Positions 8,683 to 18,235 of a DNA stretch of 64,000 bases are shown piece after piece; within the stretch, counting starts at the first letter, position 1, and the number at the start of each line of letters is the position of its first letter. Under the pieces are notes generated by a model that was not told the DNA's origin, did not search any database, and saw only the letters and a program-made list of their open reading frames with translations. Source of the DNA: an uncultured Trueperaceae bacterium (GTDB taxonomy: Bacteria > Deinococcota > Deinococci > Deinococcales > Trueperaceae); the NCBI GenBank assembly GCA_963815215.1, contig CAWFFU010000014.1, positions 1 through 64,000 of the forward strand. The letters are read 5' to 3'. Made by a program: the position numbers and the translations under genes.

Positions 8683-10494
8683 GTGCGGGTACGTCCTTTC
8701 CTCTTGCTCCGGTACGCCTGGCTCCTGGCCGCGGTCCTGCTGCCCGTCGCAGCGGCGCAGAACCCACCGGCGCAGAACCCACCGGCGCAGAACCCACCGG
8801 CTTCCTGCCGCGGGCCGACCCTCGACACGCCGGCCGGCGCGCTCTGCGGCGTCCGGGAGACGGTCGACGGTCGCGCGGTCGACGCCTTCCTGGGCATCCC
8901 GTACGCAGCCTCCACCTCCGGCGCGCATCGCTTCCTCCCGCCGCGGCCCGCGCCGGCGTGGTCGGGCGTCCGCGCCGCCACCGCCTTCGGCCCTGTGTGC
9001 CCGCAGAATGGCGACCAGGTCGACGGCCTGGCGGTCAGTGAGGACTGCCTCTCCGTCAACGTGTGGGTGCCGGCGGACGCGCGGGGGCCGGCCCAGGTGA
9101 GCGCTCCCGGCGCCAGTTCGGCGCGGGCCGTGTTCGACGAGATGCTCCGCGCGCTTAGGGCCGAACCGGCCTCCGGCGACTCCGCGCCCGCGGCCCAGGG
9201 CCCGACGGTCCCGGCCTCGACGGTCCCGGCCTCGGCGCCGCCGTTGCCGGTCCTGGTCTTCCTCCACGGCGGCGCCTTCGTCCACGGCGCCTCCGGCCAG
9301 AGGCTCTACCCGGGCGGGCCCGCGCTCTACGACGGCGCCCGGCTGGCGGAGAGCCAGGACGTCGTGGTCGTCACGCTCAACTACCGCATCGGGGTGCTCG
9401 GTTTCCTGGCGGGCGCCACGGGCGTGACGCCCAACCTGGGCCTGCTCGACCAGCAGCTCGCGCTGCGCTGGGTGCAGCGTTCCATCGCTGCGTTCGGGGG
9501 CGACCCGTCGCGCGTCACGTTGGCCGGGGAGAGCGCCGGCGCCATGTCGGCCGGGCTCCAGCTCCTCTCCATCCCGAGCAGCGCAGGGTTGTTCCGCGCC
9601 GTGATCCTGGAGAGCGACCCCTTGGGCCTGCCCTACCGAACGGAGGCGCAGGCGCGCCTCGGCGCCGACCTGTTCCTGCTCCACGTCGGCTGCAAGCTGG
9701 CCAGCGACACGCTGGCGTGTCTGCAGCGCCTGCCGCTGAAGACGATCCTGCGAGCGCAGGACCACAGCGGGCAGACGACCGCCGTGATCCAGCAGGGGCT
9801 CCCCGCCTTCCTCCCCTGGGCGCCGGTGGTGGACGGGCGTCTGGTGGTGCGCCAGCCGCTTCGTGCCGCCCTTGACGGCGGGGTCACCAAGCCGCTGCTG
9901 CTCGGCACCAACGGCAGCGAGGGCACGGTGTTCTTCGCCGGCGACGCGCCCATCGGCGTGCTCGGCTACGACGCGCTGGCGAAGCTCATCGTGGGACCCG
10001 AGAAGACCGCCGCGCTCGCCTGGCGCTACCCGCCGTCGCTCTTCGGCGACAACACGCAGCAGGTGATCCGCGCGGCCAGCGACGGGCTCTTCGTGTGCCC
10101 GACGCGCGCGGTGGCGCGTGCCGCGCGTGCCCCCAGCTACCTCTACAGCTTCGACCACGTGTCGTCGTTCAACCTCTGGTCCGACATCGGGCAGTGCAGC
10201 CAGCGCTCCTGCCACGGTGCCGAGTTGCCCTTCGTGTTCGGGACCGCCGGCGGGAAGATGGCCTTCACCCCGGCCGAGCGCCGTCTGTCCGACGCCATGA
10301 TGGCGGCCTGGGGGGCGTTCGTGCGCAGCGGCGACCCCGCGGCGGGGCCTTCGACGACCGCCTGGCCGGACTTCCGGAGCAGCGGAGAGGCGTGGACGCT
10401 GGCGAGCGTGCCGTCCCTGGCGCCGCCCCGCGCGGCCGCCTGTGGCTTCTGGGATCCGACCCGCGCGCCGAGCTACGCGCCGGCCTCGCCCTAG
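8683..10494 (+). CDS. Secreted type-B carboxylesterase/lipase
   Basis: Signal-peptide-like N-terminus; FLGIPYA, SEDCLSVNVW, HGGAF, NYRIG, FGGDP, GESAG (catalytic Ser), EG, HGAEL. Contains a 15-bp x3 QNPPA repeat at ~8755-8801. Confidence 0.9.
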   Translation: MRVRPFLLLRYAWLLAAVLLPVAAAQNPPAQNPPAQNPPASCRGPTLDTPAGALCGVRETVDGRAVDAFLGIPYAASTSGAHRFLPPRPAPAWSGVRAATAFGPVCPQNGDQVDGLAVSEDCLSVNVWVPADARGPAQVSAPGASSARAVFDEMLRALRAEPASGDSAPAAQGPTVPASTVPASAPPLPVLVFLHGGAFVHGASGQRLYPGGPALYDGARLAESQDVVVVTLNYRIGVLGFLAGATGVTPNLGLLDQQLALRWVQRSIAAFGGDPSRVTLAGESAGAMSAGLQLLSIPSSAGLFRAVILESDPLGLPYRTEAQARLGADLFLLHVGCKLASDTLACLQRLPLKTILRAQDHSGQTTAVIQQGLPAFLPWAPVVDGRLVVRQPLRAALDGGVTKPLLLGTNGSEGTVFFAGDAPIGVLGYDALAKLIVGPEKTAALAWRYPPSLFGDNTQQVIRAASDGLFVCPTRAVARAARAPSYLYSFDHVSSFNLWSDIGQCSQRSCHGAELPFVFGTAGGKMAFTPAERRLSDAMMAAWGAFVRSGDPAAGPSTTAWPDFRSSGEAWTLASVPSLAPPRAAACGFWDPTRAPSYAPASP

Positions 10495-10582
10495 CAGGAG
10501 TCGACAACGCCGAACGACGTGACGCTCGGCGGGCCGGATCGACGGTCGGCCGCCATGCCGTCGCCGAGGCGCCTCGGGTCTT

Positions 10583-11065
10583 TCAGGCCTGCGGTGCCCC
10601 GGCGAGCCGTTGGCGTATCGCCCCGAGGTGGTACGCGGAGTGAGCGAGGACGGCCATGGCCGCCCCGACGGCGTGGTCATCCCAGCTGTCGCGGTCCTCG
10701 AAGGTCCGCACCACCCTCGCCGAAGTCTCGGCGAACGACGCCCGGAGCGCGTCCCACGCCACCGGGGTGACCTCGTGAACGGTCCAGCTCGTCTCCCAGT
10801 CCACCTGCTCCGGTTGCCCGTCGGCGAAGCGCAACAGCACCTCCAGGTAGAAGCGCGCGTGCTCGACATGCCCGGCGATGGTGGTGCCGCCGGGTTGCGC
10901 GGCCCGGGACGCCGCCTCCGCGGAGAGCGAGGCCAGCGTCGGCTCCCAGCCGGTCTGCCGGTCGAGGAAGGCGTTGCCGCCGGGCCGCGCCGGCGATGCG
11001 AAGGCCTCCTCGAGCAGGAAGGCGAGATTCCGGCGGAAAGCGTCGAGAAGGGGATCGGCAGCCAT
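10583..11065 (-). CDS. DinB/YfiT-like four-helix bundle protein
   Basis: TIAGHVEH and HSAYHLGAIRQ His-triad pattern; GGAGG RBS. Confidence 0.75.
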   Translation of the reverse strand: MAADPLLDAFRRNLAFLLEEAFASPARPGGNAFLDRQTGWEPTLASLSAEAASRAAQPGGTTIAGHVEHARFYLEVLLRFADGQPEQVDWETSWTVHEVTPVAWDALRASFAETSARVVRTFEDRDSWDDHAVGAAMAVLAHSAYHLGAIRQRLAGAPQA

Positions 11066-11256
11066 CGGGCACCTCCGGAGGCGGCGGCGGAACTCGACGC
11101 CGCATCACCTCGATGATAGCCGCCGTCAGCCGGTCACGCTCCCCCCGGCGGGTTCGCGTCCCGTAGCCTGGCTTGCACCCCGGTATCGCTTCCATCCGGT
11201 ACTATCATCCCCCTGGCGCACCACGCCACGGGGGTGCCACGGGGGTGAAGCGGGTC

Positions 11257-13716
11257 ATGGCAATGATGAACCGAACGGCGAACACCACACGAACGTCCGG
11301 CGGGGGCGGTGATCATCCCGACCGCTACAAGTGGATCGCGCTGTCCAACACCACGCTCGGCATCCTGATGGCGACGATCAACTCCTCGATCGTGCTGATC
11401 TCCATGCCGGCGATCTTCCGCGGCATCGACATCAACCCGTTGCAGCCGCAGAACGTCAGCTACCTGCTGTGGCTGTTGATGGGCTACATGGTGGTGACCG
11501 CCGTCCTGGTGGTGAGCTTCGGGCGGGTCGGGGACATGTACGGTCGCGTGCGCATGTACAACCTGGGGTTCCTGGTGTTCACCGTCGGGTCGATCCTGCT
11601 GTCGCTGGTGTTCTGGACCGGCCCGTCGGCCGCCCTCACCCTGATCGGGCTGCGCGTGGTGCAGGGGATCGGCGGCGCCCTCCTGATGGCGAACAGCGCG
11701 GCCATCCTCACCGACGCCTTCCCCGCCGACCAGCGCGGCATGGCGCTCGGCATCAACACGGTGGCCGGCATCTCCGGATCGTTCATCGGGCTGGTGATCG
11801 GCGGCCTGCTGTCCGTCCTCGACTGGCACCTGGTGTTCCTGGTGTCCGTCCCGGTGGGGATCGCCGGCACGGTGTGGGCGTACTTCCGGCTCCGCGAGAT
11901 CGGCGTGTCCAAGCGCGCGAAGATCGACTGGTGGGGGAACGTCACGTTCGGGCTGGGGCTCATCGCGATCCTGGTGGGCATCACCTACGGCATCCAGCCC
12001 TACGGGGGTCACCCCACCGGCTGGACCAACCCCTTCGTGATCGGTTCGATCGTCGGCGGCATCCTCGTTCTGGGGCTCTTCATGCTCATCGAGACGCGCG
12101 TGGCCGACCCCATGTTCCGCCTCGGGCTGTTCCGTATCCGTGCCTTCTCCTTCGGCAACTTCGCCGGCCTGCTGGCGGCCATCGGCCGCGGCGGCCTGAT
12201 GTTCATGCTGATCATCTGGCTGCAGGGCATCTGGCTGCCACTGCACGGCTACACCTACGAGTCCACACCGTTGTGGGCCGCCATCTACATGTTGCCCATG
12301 ACGATCGGCTTCCTGATCGCCGGGCCGGTCTCGGGGTGGCTCTCCGATCGCTTCGGGGCCCGACCCTTCGCCACCGGCGGCATGGCGGCCGCCGCGATCA
12401 CGTTCGGGCTGATGCTGCTGCTGCCGGCGGACTTCCACTACCTGTGGTTCGCGTTGCTCCTGCTGGCCAACGGTCTCGCCATGGGGCTGTTCTCCGCGCC
12501 CAACACCGCCGGCATCATGAACGCCGTTCCCGCCGACGAGCGCGGGGTGGCGTCGGGCATGCGCGCCACTTTCCAGAACGCCGGCATGAACCTGTCGATC
12601 GGGTTGTTCTTCTCGCTGATGGTCGCCGGCCTGGCCTCGACGCTCCCCAGCACGATGTTCCAGGGCCTCACCGCTCAGGACGTGCCGGCGCAGGTGGCGC
12701 GGCGCGTCGCCGACCTGCCGCCGGTCGGCAGCCTGTTCGCCGCCTTCCTGGGCTACAACCCCATGCAGTCGCTGCTGGGTCCGGTGCTGCCCAACCTACC
12801 GGCCGACAAGGCGGCCTACCTCACCGGCAAGGTGTTCTTCCCGCACCTCATCTCGGTGCCGTTCATGGACGGCATGCACGTGACCTTCACCTTCGCGATG
12901 ATCATGATGGTCGTCGCCGCGTTCGCCTCCTGGTTCCGGGGCAAGCGTTACGTGCACGAGGACGTGCCCGCGAGCGAAGCCCATCTCGCCGGCCCCGCGT
13001 TGCGGGTGGCCGGCCCGGAGGGCTCGGGTGCGGCGGGTATCGCTGAACGGGGCGCGGGCCCGGCCGGTTCCACCGCCCGGCCGCTCGTGGCCATCTCGGC
13101 GGCCCCGGGATCGGGGGAGAGCGCCATCGGCAGGACGCTGGCCGAGCGCCTTGGAGTGCCCTTCATCGACCGCGCCATACCGCTCGAGCTCGAGGGCCGC
13201 GTCATCGAGGAGCTGGAGGGCGGCTTCGGTGAGCACCAGGGCGGCCCCTTCCTGCACCTGCTGGCCGAGTTGAGCGCCAGCTCGACCCTCTTCGGCATCC
13301 AGGGCGTGGTCGGGAACCAGGCCGCAATCCAGGCGCACGACTACGTCGAGCGTGTCCACCGTGCCCTCTCTGCGGTGGCCCGGAGCACCGGCGGGGTGAT
13401 CGTCGGGCACGGGGCGGCGGTGGCGCTGCGCGACTGGCCCGGCGCGGTGCGCGTGCGCCTCACCGGGCCGTTCGATAAGCGGGTGGAGGCGGTCATGGCG
13501 GCCGAGGGGATCGACCGTGCGGCCGCTCGGCGCCGCATCGAGCGCACCGAGGCCGCTCGCCGCGCCTACCTGGCGAGGCTCTACGACGAGGATCCCAACG
13601 ACGCGCGGACCTACCACCGGATGATGGACGTGACCAAGCTTTCCGAGGACGCGGCGGTGGAGGCGCTGATCGCGGCGGTGCATGGGGTGCGCGGCGAGGC
13701 GTTCGCCGAGACCTAG
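11257..13716 (+). CDS. DHA2 (EmrB/QacA-like) MFS transporter fused to a C-terminal cytidylate-kinase-like domain
   Basis: 14-TM MFS (GRVGDMYGR, LRVVQGIGGA, DAFP..QRG). After a linker: ISAAPGSGESAIG..LAERLGVPFIDR, GGVIVGHGA, VRVRL, R..Y...Y..DP.D..YH. One uninterrupted frame. Confidence 0.85.
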   Translation: MAMMNRTANTTRTSGGGGDHPDRYKWIALSNTTLGILMATINSSIVLISMPAIFRGIDINPLQPQNVSYLLWLLMGYMVVTAVLVVSFGRVGDMYGRVRMYNLGFLVFTVGSILLSLVFWTGPSAALTLIGLRVVQGIGGALLMANSAAILTDAFPADQRGMALGINTVAGISGSFIGLVIGGLLSVLDWHLVFLVSVPVGIAGTVWAYFRLREIGVSKRAKIDWWGNVTFGLGLIAILVGITYGIQPYGGHPTGWTNPFVIGSIVGGILVLGLFMLIETRVADPMFRLGLFRIRAFSFGNFAGLLAAIGRGGLMFMLIIWLQGIWLPLHGYTYESTPLWAAIYMLPMTIGFLIAGPVSGWLSDRFGARPFATGGMAAAAITFGLMLLLPADFHYLWFALLLLANGLAMGLFSAPNTAGIMNAVPADERGVASGMRATFQNAGMNLSIGLFFSLMVAGLASTLPSTMFQGLTAQDVPAQVARRVADLPPVGSLFAAFLGYNPMQSLLGPVLPNLPADKAAYLTGKVFFPHLISVPFMDGMHVTFTFAMIMMVVAAFASWFRGKRYVHEDVPASEAHLAGPALRVAGPEGSGAAGIAERGAGPAGSTARPLVAISAAPGSGESAIGRTLAERLGVPFIDRAIPLELEGRVIEELEGGFGEHQGGPFLHLLAELSASSTLFGIQGVVGNQAAIQAHDYVERVHRALSAVARSTGGVIVGHGAAVALRDWPGAVRVRLTGPFDKRVEAVMAAEGIDRAAARRRIERTEAARRAYLARLYDEDPNDARTYHRMMDVTKLSEDAAVEALIAAVHGVRGEAFAET

Positions 13717-13799
13717 CGATGGCGGGTGCGACAGAGAAGTGCCCCGGCACGGCCACATCCGGATCCCGCCCGTGATGCGCGCCACCCGCGCGCGCACGC

Positions 13800-14126
13800 C
13801 TACGGGAGGGTAGCCACGAAGCGGAGGCCGCGCGCGACCCACCGCTCGAGTGCCGCCGTGCTGCGGTAGCCGTCGGGTTCGACGAGCACGAACGCCGCCG
13901 TTTCGCGTCGCCCCACCTTCAGCGGGCCGACGTGCGGCTCGGCCAGGGCGTCGGCCCTGCTGGCCGGCCCTACACGAACGGTCAGCCCCCGGGTGCTGAG
14001 TGAGCAGCATAGGTGCCCGCCGACCAGGAAGCCGAGGCCGCCACCAACGACTCGCCTTTCGACGACGTCCGAGCGCCCATGCAACAGGCTACGGATGCGG
14101 TCCGCGGTTCCGGGATCGTAGGCCAT
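13800..14126 (-). CDS. TfoX N-terminal-domain family protein
   Basis: MAYD...ADRIR, GGGLGFLVGG.LCC, L.VRVGP and L.RWV..G pattern; GAGGAG RBS. Confidence 0.75.
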   Translation of the reverse strand: MAYDPGTADRIRSLLHGRSDVVERRVVGGGLGFLVGGHLCCSLSTRGLTVRVGPASRADALAEPHVGPLKVGRRETAAFVLVEPDGYRSTAALERWVARGLRFVATLP

Positions 14127-14144
14127 GATGGCGCATCTCCTCAT

Positions 14145-14178
14145 GTAAGTTGACACTTACGTAAGTCTCTGCTAAATA
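14145..14178. promoter_or_regulatory. Promoter with overlapping palindromic operators (ArsR-like) between divergent tfoX-like and arsR-SRPBCC genes
   Basis: GTAAGT-TGAC-ACTTAC (14145-14160) overlaps the perfect palindrome ACTTACGTAAGT (14155-14166). TTGACA at 14150-14155, then 17 bp, then TAAATA preceded by TGn. Confidence 0.6.
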
Positions 14179-14186
14179 TAGCGACA

Positions 14187-14978
14187 ATGGATGCATCCTT
14201 CAAGGCCATCGCCGACCCCAATCGTCGCCGCATCCTTCGGATGGTGGCCATCCGCGAGCGCAGCGCAGGGGAGATCGCCGAGGCGTTCGACGTGACGCGT
14301 CCCGCCGTGTCCCAACACCTCGCCGCGCTCAAGCGCGCCGGGCTGGTGAGCGAGCGTCGGCAATCTACCCGGAGGCTGTATCGGGCCCGGCCCCAGGGCA
14401 TGGCCGGGGCCCTGCTCTTCCTGCAGGGCTTCTGGGACGACCGGCTGGCCGAGCTCCAGCAGGCGGCCGAGAACCCCGCCCTGAACCCGGCGTTGCCTAT
14501 TGCCCAGAGCGTGTGCGTGGCCCGCGAGGTCGCCATCGGCGCTCCCGTCGGAACGGTCTGGGAGCTCCTCACCGACCCCGCGCGCATGACGCGGTGGATG
14601 GGGCGGGTCGCCGAGCTCGAGCCGCGTCCCGGCGGCGCCTACCGCGTCGAGATCCTCCCGGGGCAGGTCGCCAGCGGCGCGTTCGTCGAGGTCGACCCGC
14701 CCCGCCGGCTCGTGCACACCTGGGGCTGGGAAGGCTATCGGCGCGCCGTCGTAGCGCCCGGCGCCACCGTGGTCAGCTACGACCTCGTGCCCGTTCCCGC
14801 AGGCACGCTACTCCGCCTCGGCCACGCCTTCCTGCCGACGATGCACAGCGCGGGTTCCCACTCCAGAGGCTGGTCCCACTACCTTGAGCGGCTCGCTACC
14901 GTGGCCGCCGGGGGCAGCGCCGGGGCCGACCCGTGGGTCCACGACGCCGACCGCATGCGGGCCGAGTTGAGGCCGTGA
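14187..14978 (+). CDS. ArsR-family regulator fused to an SRPBCC/AHSA1 domain
   Basis: FKAIADPNRRRIL...AGEIA..F.VTRPAVSQHL..LK.AGLV, followed by VWELLTDP..M.RW...G.F.EVDPPRRLVHTW...GW..YL.RL. Confidence 0.88.
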   Translation: MDASFKAIADPNRRRILRMVAIRERSAGEIAEAFDVTRPAVSQHLAALKRAGLVSERRQSTRRLYRARPQGMAGALLFLQGFWDDRLAELQQAAENPALNPALPIAQSVCVAREVAIGAPVGTVWELLTDPARMTRWMGRVAELEPRPGGAYRVEILPGQVASGAFVEVDPPRRLVHTWGWEGYRRAVVAPGATVVSYDLVPVPAGTLLRLGHAFLPTMHSAGSHSRGWSHYLERLATVAAGGSAGADPWVHDADRMRAELRP

Positions 14979-15010
14979 GAGCACGACCGCCGAGCGGAAG
15001 GAGCGACACG

Positions 15011-15259
15011 ATGTCCAGATCGAAGATCGACGGCGACAACCCCTCGGCGTCCACGAAGGGCTTCTACGGCATGATCGACGGCGTCGAGGTGCACGACGTC
15101 CTCGTCGACGGGCAGCGCGCCTGCGTGCTCACGCGTTACCGGCTACGGCCACCGGCAGGGGATCCCTTCGACAGCGAGGTCGCCGAGGTGTTCGAGGTCG
15201 CGAACGGCCGCATCGTCGCCCTGTCGATCTACTTCGACAGCGCGCCCTATCCCGGGTAG
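15011..15259 (+). pseudogene. SnoaL/NTF2-like protein, short and probably lacking its N-terminal part
   Basis: Only 82 aa, retaining the C-terminal strands (LVDGQRACV...AEVFEV.NGRI....IYFD). GGAAGGAG RBS present. NTF2-like proteins are normally about 110-130 aa. Confidence 0.5.
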
Positions 15260-15366
15260 CGGTCCAGGGCGCCCACCAGTACCGGGGTTAGGAACAACCG
15301 CACCTCATCGACCAGGCCCGCGCGCAACGCCACCGCGGCGATCGCCGTGTGGATCAGCCTCGCCAT
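15247..15366 (-). pseudogene. Remnant of a RibD C-terminal/DHFR-like gene
   Basis: 39-aa frame MARLIHTAIAAVALRAGLVDEVRLFLTPVLVGALDRYPG contains the (A)GLVDE.RL...PV.VG motif of RibD_C proteins; the rest of the gene is absent. Confidence 0.55.
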
Positions 15367-15382
15367 GAGGCAAGCGTACGCT

Positions 15383-17029
15383 TCAGCGGCCGCGAAGCTC
15401 CTTGAAGGCGTCGATCAGCCCGTTGGTCGAGCTGTCGTGGCTCGTCACGGGCCCGTCGCCGTCGAGCTCCGGCAGCACCGCCTTGGCGAGCTGTTTGCCG
15501 AGCTCGACCCCCATCTGGTCGAAGCTGTCGATGTCCCAGACGACGCCCTGCGTGAAGATCTTGTGTTCGTACAGCGCGATCAGCTTGCCTAGCGTCGCCG
15601 GCGTGAGCTTCTCGAACAGCAGCGAGTTGGTAGGGCGGTTGCCCTCGAAGGTCTTGGCCGCGGCCAGGATGTCGAGCCGCTCCGCAGGGGTGCCGTCTGC
15701 CTCCAACTCGGCGCGCGTCTCCTCACGGGTGCGGCCGCGCATCAGCGCCTCGGTCTGCGCGAAGAAGTTGGCGAGCAGGATGGCGTGGTGCCGCCCCACC
15801 GGGTGGTGGCTCCTGGCGGGCGCCAGGAAGTCGGCGGGCACGAGCTTGGTGCCCTGGTGGAGGAGCTGGTAGAAGGCGTGCTGCCCGTTGGTGCCGGGCT
15901 GCCCCCACACCACCGGGCCGGTGGAGTAGTCGACGCGCTCGCCGGACCTCGTGACGCTCTTGCCGTTGGACTCCATGTCCCCCTGCTGGAAGTAGGTGGG
16001 GAAGAACTCCAGCGTCTCGTCGTAGGGCAGGATGGCGTGCGTCTGCGCGCCGAAGAAGTTGTTGTACCAGACGCCCAGCATCCCCATCGTGGCGGGGATG
16101 TTGTGCTCCAGCGCGGTGGTGCGGAAGTGCTCGTCGACCACGTGCGCGCCCTCGAGCAGCTTCTCGAAGGTCTCGAAGCCGACCGCCAGCGCGATCGACA
16201 GGCCGATCGCCGACCACAACGAGTAGCGGCCGCCGACCCAGTCCCAGAACTCGAACATGTTCTCGGGGTCGATGCCGAAGCCCTCGACGCCCTCGCGATT
16301 GGTCGACAGCGCCACGAAGTGCTTCGCCACCGCGCTCGCGTCGGGCGCGCTCTCGAGGAGCCAGTCGCGCGCGGTGTGGGCGTTGGTCATCGTCTCCTGC
16401 GTGGTGAAGGTCTTGGAGGCCACCAGGAACAGCGTCGACTCGGGGCGCACGCGCTGAAGCACTTCGCTCATGTTGGTGCCGTCGATGTTGGAGACGAAGT
16501 GCACGTGGATCCCGTCGACGTGATACGGCGTCAGCGCGCGCGTGACCATCTGCGGCCCCAGGTGCGAGCCGCCGATGCCGATGTTGACCACGTCGCGGAT
16601 GCGCTCCCCGGAGTAACCGCGCCAGTCGCCGCCGTGCACGGCGTGGCAGAAGCGCTTCATCTTGTCCAGCACGCGGTTGACTTCGGGCATCACGTCCACG
16701 CCGTCGACGCGGATGGGCCGGTTCGAGCGGTTGCGCAGCGCCACGTGGAGCACCGCGCGGTCCTCGCTGGTGTTGATCTTCTCGCCCTCGAACATCGCCC
16801 GGATGCGGTCCTCGAGCCCGGTGTCACGCGCCAGCGCGTACAGGCGCCGCATCGTCTCCTCGGTGACGCGGTTCTTCGAGAAGTCGAAGAGGATGTCGTC
16901 GAGGCGCAGGTGGAAGCGCTCGAAGCGTTGCGGGTCGCGCGCGAAGAGGTCGCGCATGCGGAGGTCTTCGATCTCGGAATGGTGCTGCTCGAGCCGCGTC
17001 CAGGCGGCGGAGTCTGTGAGGGATGGCAT
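15383..17029 (-). CDS. pgi: Glucose-6-phosphate isomerase
   Basis: [70 protein letters not shown]. Confidence 0.97.
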   Translation of the reverse strand: MPSLTDSAAWTRLEQHHSEIEDLRMRDLFARDPQRFERFHLRLDDILFDFSKNRVTEETMRRLYALARDTGLEDRIRAMFEGEKINTSEDRAVLHVALRNRSNRPIRVDGVDVMPEVNRVLDKMKRFCHAVHGGDWRGYSGERIRDVVNIGIGGSHLGPQMVTRALTPYHVDGIHVHFVSNIDGTNMSEVLQRVRPESTLFLVASKTFTTQETMTNAHTARDWLLESAPDASAVAKHFVALSTNREGVEGFGIDPENMFEFWDWVGGRYSLWSAIGLSIALAVGFETFEKLLEGAHVVDEHFRTTALEHNIPATMGMLGVWYNNFFGAQTHAILPYDETLEFFPTYFQQGDMESNGKSVTRSGERVDYSTGPVVWGQPGTNGQHAFYQLLHQGTKLVPADFLAPARSHHPVGRHHAILLANFFAQTEALMRGRTREETRAELEADGTPAERLDILAAAKTFEGNRPTNSLLFEKLTPATLGKLIALYEHKIFTQGVVWDIDSFDQMGVELGKQLAKAVLPELDGDGPVTSHDSSTNGLIDAFKELRGR

Positions 17030-17230
17030 CGTATGGAGCCTCCTTCCGGTCGGACGGGCGCCGGCCGTACCCTGCGCGCGGTGCCGGCCGCTTGCCGGCC
17101 TCCGTGCCGAGCGCTGCCGAACAGGACCCGCCCGTGGGGTCCGGTGGGTGGCGTCGGCGGCGCCTCTCGCTGGCCCGAGCCTATCGGCAAGGGCCCGGGG
17201 GTGGGGTCACGCAGCGGACCCTTGGCCGGC

Positions 17231-17295
17231 CCCGTCACTACATCCCGTCACTACATCCCGTCACTACGCCCCGTCACTACACCCCGTCACAACAC
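17231..17295 (+). repeat. Five tandem copies of a 13-bp unit CCCGTCAC(T/A)AC(A/G)(T/C)
   Basis: Units start at 17231, 17244, 17257, 17270 and 17283, in the divergent pgi/HAD intergenic region. Confidence 0.9.
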
Positions 17296-17396
17296 GACGC
17301 CGCCACGCCGGGGCGATACCCTGCGGGGTCGCGCGTGGCGACGCCCCCGGCGCGAGGCCGGCAGCCGGCGCGCCGCACGCCCAGGGGAGGCCTTCC

Positions 17397-18017
17397 GTGC
17401 CCAATAGCATCCGCGCCCTCTTCACCGACATCGGCGGGGTCCTGCTGACCAACGGCTGGGACCGCAGCGCCCGCGCCCGAGCGGCTGAGACCTTCGGTCT
17501 GGACCTCGACGAGCTCAACGAGCGCCACCACCTCACCTTCGACACCTACGAGTCCGGCAAGCTGTCGCTCGAGGAGTACCTGCACAGGGTGGTGTTCTAC
17601 GAGACGCGCGCCTTCACGCCCGGCGACTTCCGGGGCTTCATGCGGGCGCAGTCGCGACCCTTCGACGACATGATCGTCTTCCAGCGGCGTCTCAAGCAGC
17701 GCCATGGGCTGCAGGTGCTGGCCGTCAGCAACGAGGGGCGCGAGCTCAGCGAGTACCGGGCGCGCGCCTTCGACCTGCAGGGGCTGATCGACGCCTGGGT
17801 GTGCTCCGGCTTCGTGCACGTGCGCAAGCCCGACGCCGACATGTTCCGCATCGCCCTCGACCTGGCGCAGGTGGAGCCCGCCGAGGTGGTCTACCTCGAC
17901 GACCGCGCCATGTTCGTGGAGGTGGCGGAAGGGCTCGGCATCCACGGCGTGGTGCATCACGACCTGCCGACGACACGCAAGGAGTTGACGGCGCTGGGGC
18001 TCGATCTTCAGGTCTAG
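17397..18017 (+). CDS. HAD-family phosphatase (HAD-IA)
   Basis: Motif I DIGGVL, motif II VSN, RKPD, YLDD; GTG start after GGGGAGG. Confidence 0.85.
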   Translation: MPNSIRALFTDIGGVLLTNGWDRSARARAAETFGLDLDELNERHHLTFDTYESGKLSLEEYLHRVVFYETRAFTPGDFRGFMRAQSRPFDDMIVFQRRLKQRHGLQVLAVSNEGRELSEYRARAFDLQGLIDAWVCSGFVHVRKPDADMFRIALDLAQVEPAEVVYLDDRAMFVEVAEGLGIHGVVHHDLPTTRKELTALGLDLQV

Positions 18018-18026
18018 GGTCCCCGG

Positions 18027-18094
18027 CGGATCGTCGAGACGGATCGTCGAGACGGACTGCAGACCGGCGCACGCGTGCGACCGGCGCACGCGTG
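18027..18094 (+). repeat. Two short tandem duplications (13-bp CGGATCGTCGAGA x2; 16-bp GACCGGCGCACGCGTG x2)
   Basis: Copies at 18027/18040 and at 18062/18079. Confidence 0.8.
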
Positions 18095-18235
18095 GAGTCG
18101 ATGCAGCCTTCCCGGACGCGGGCGACGCGGCCTTCGCGGAGCCTTCACACACCCTCCCCCCAACCTTCTACGGCTTCCTCCTAGGCTGACGGTGTCCCTG
18201 GGACCTCCCCAGGCAGATACCGAACGGAGAAAGCC

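Noticed and set aside
8605..10869. Long antisense or alternate-frame ORFs (also 21282-23288, 26962-29262, 35597-38470, 35920-38034, 39668-41791)
   Set aside because: Arg/Pro/Gly-rich shadow ORFs expected at high GC, with no recognisable motifs.
17231..17295. Possible CRISPR array
   Set aside because: The 13-bp units are contiguous with no spacers, and no cas genes are present.
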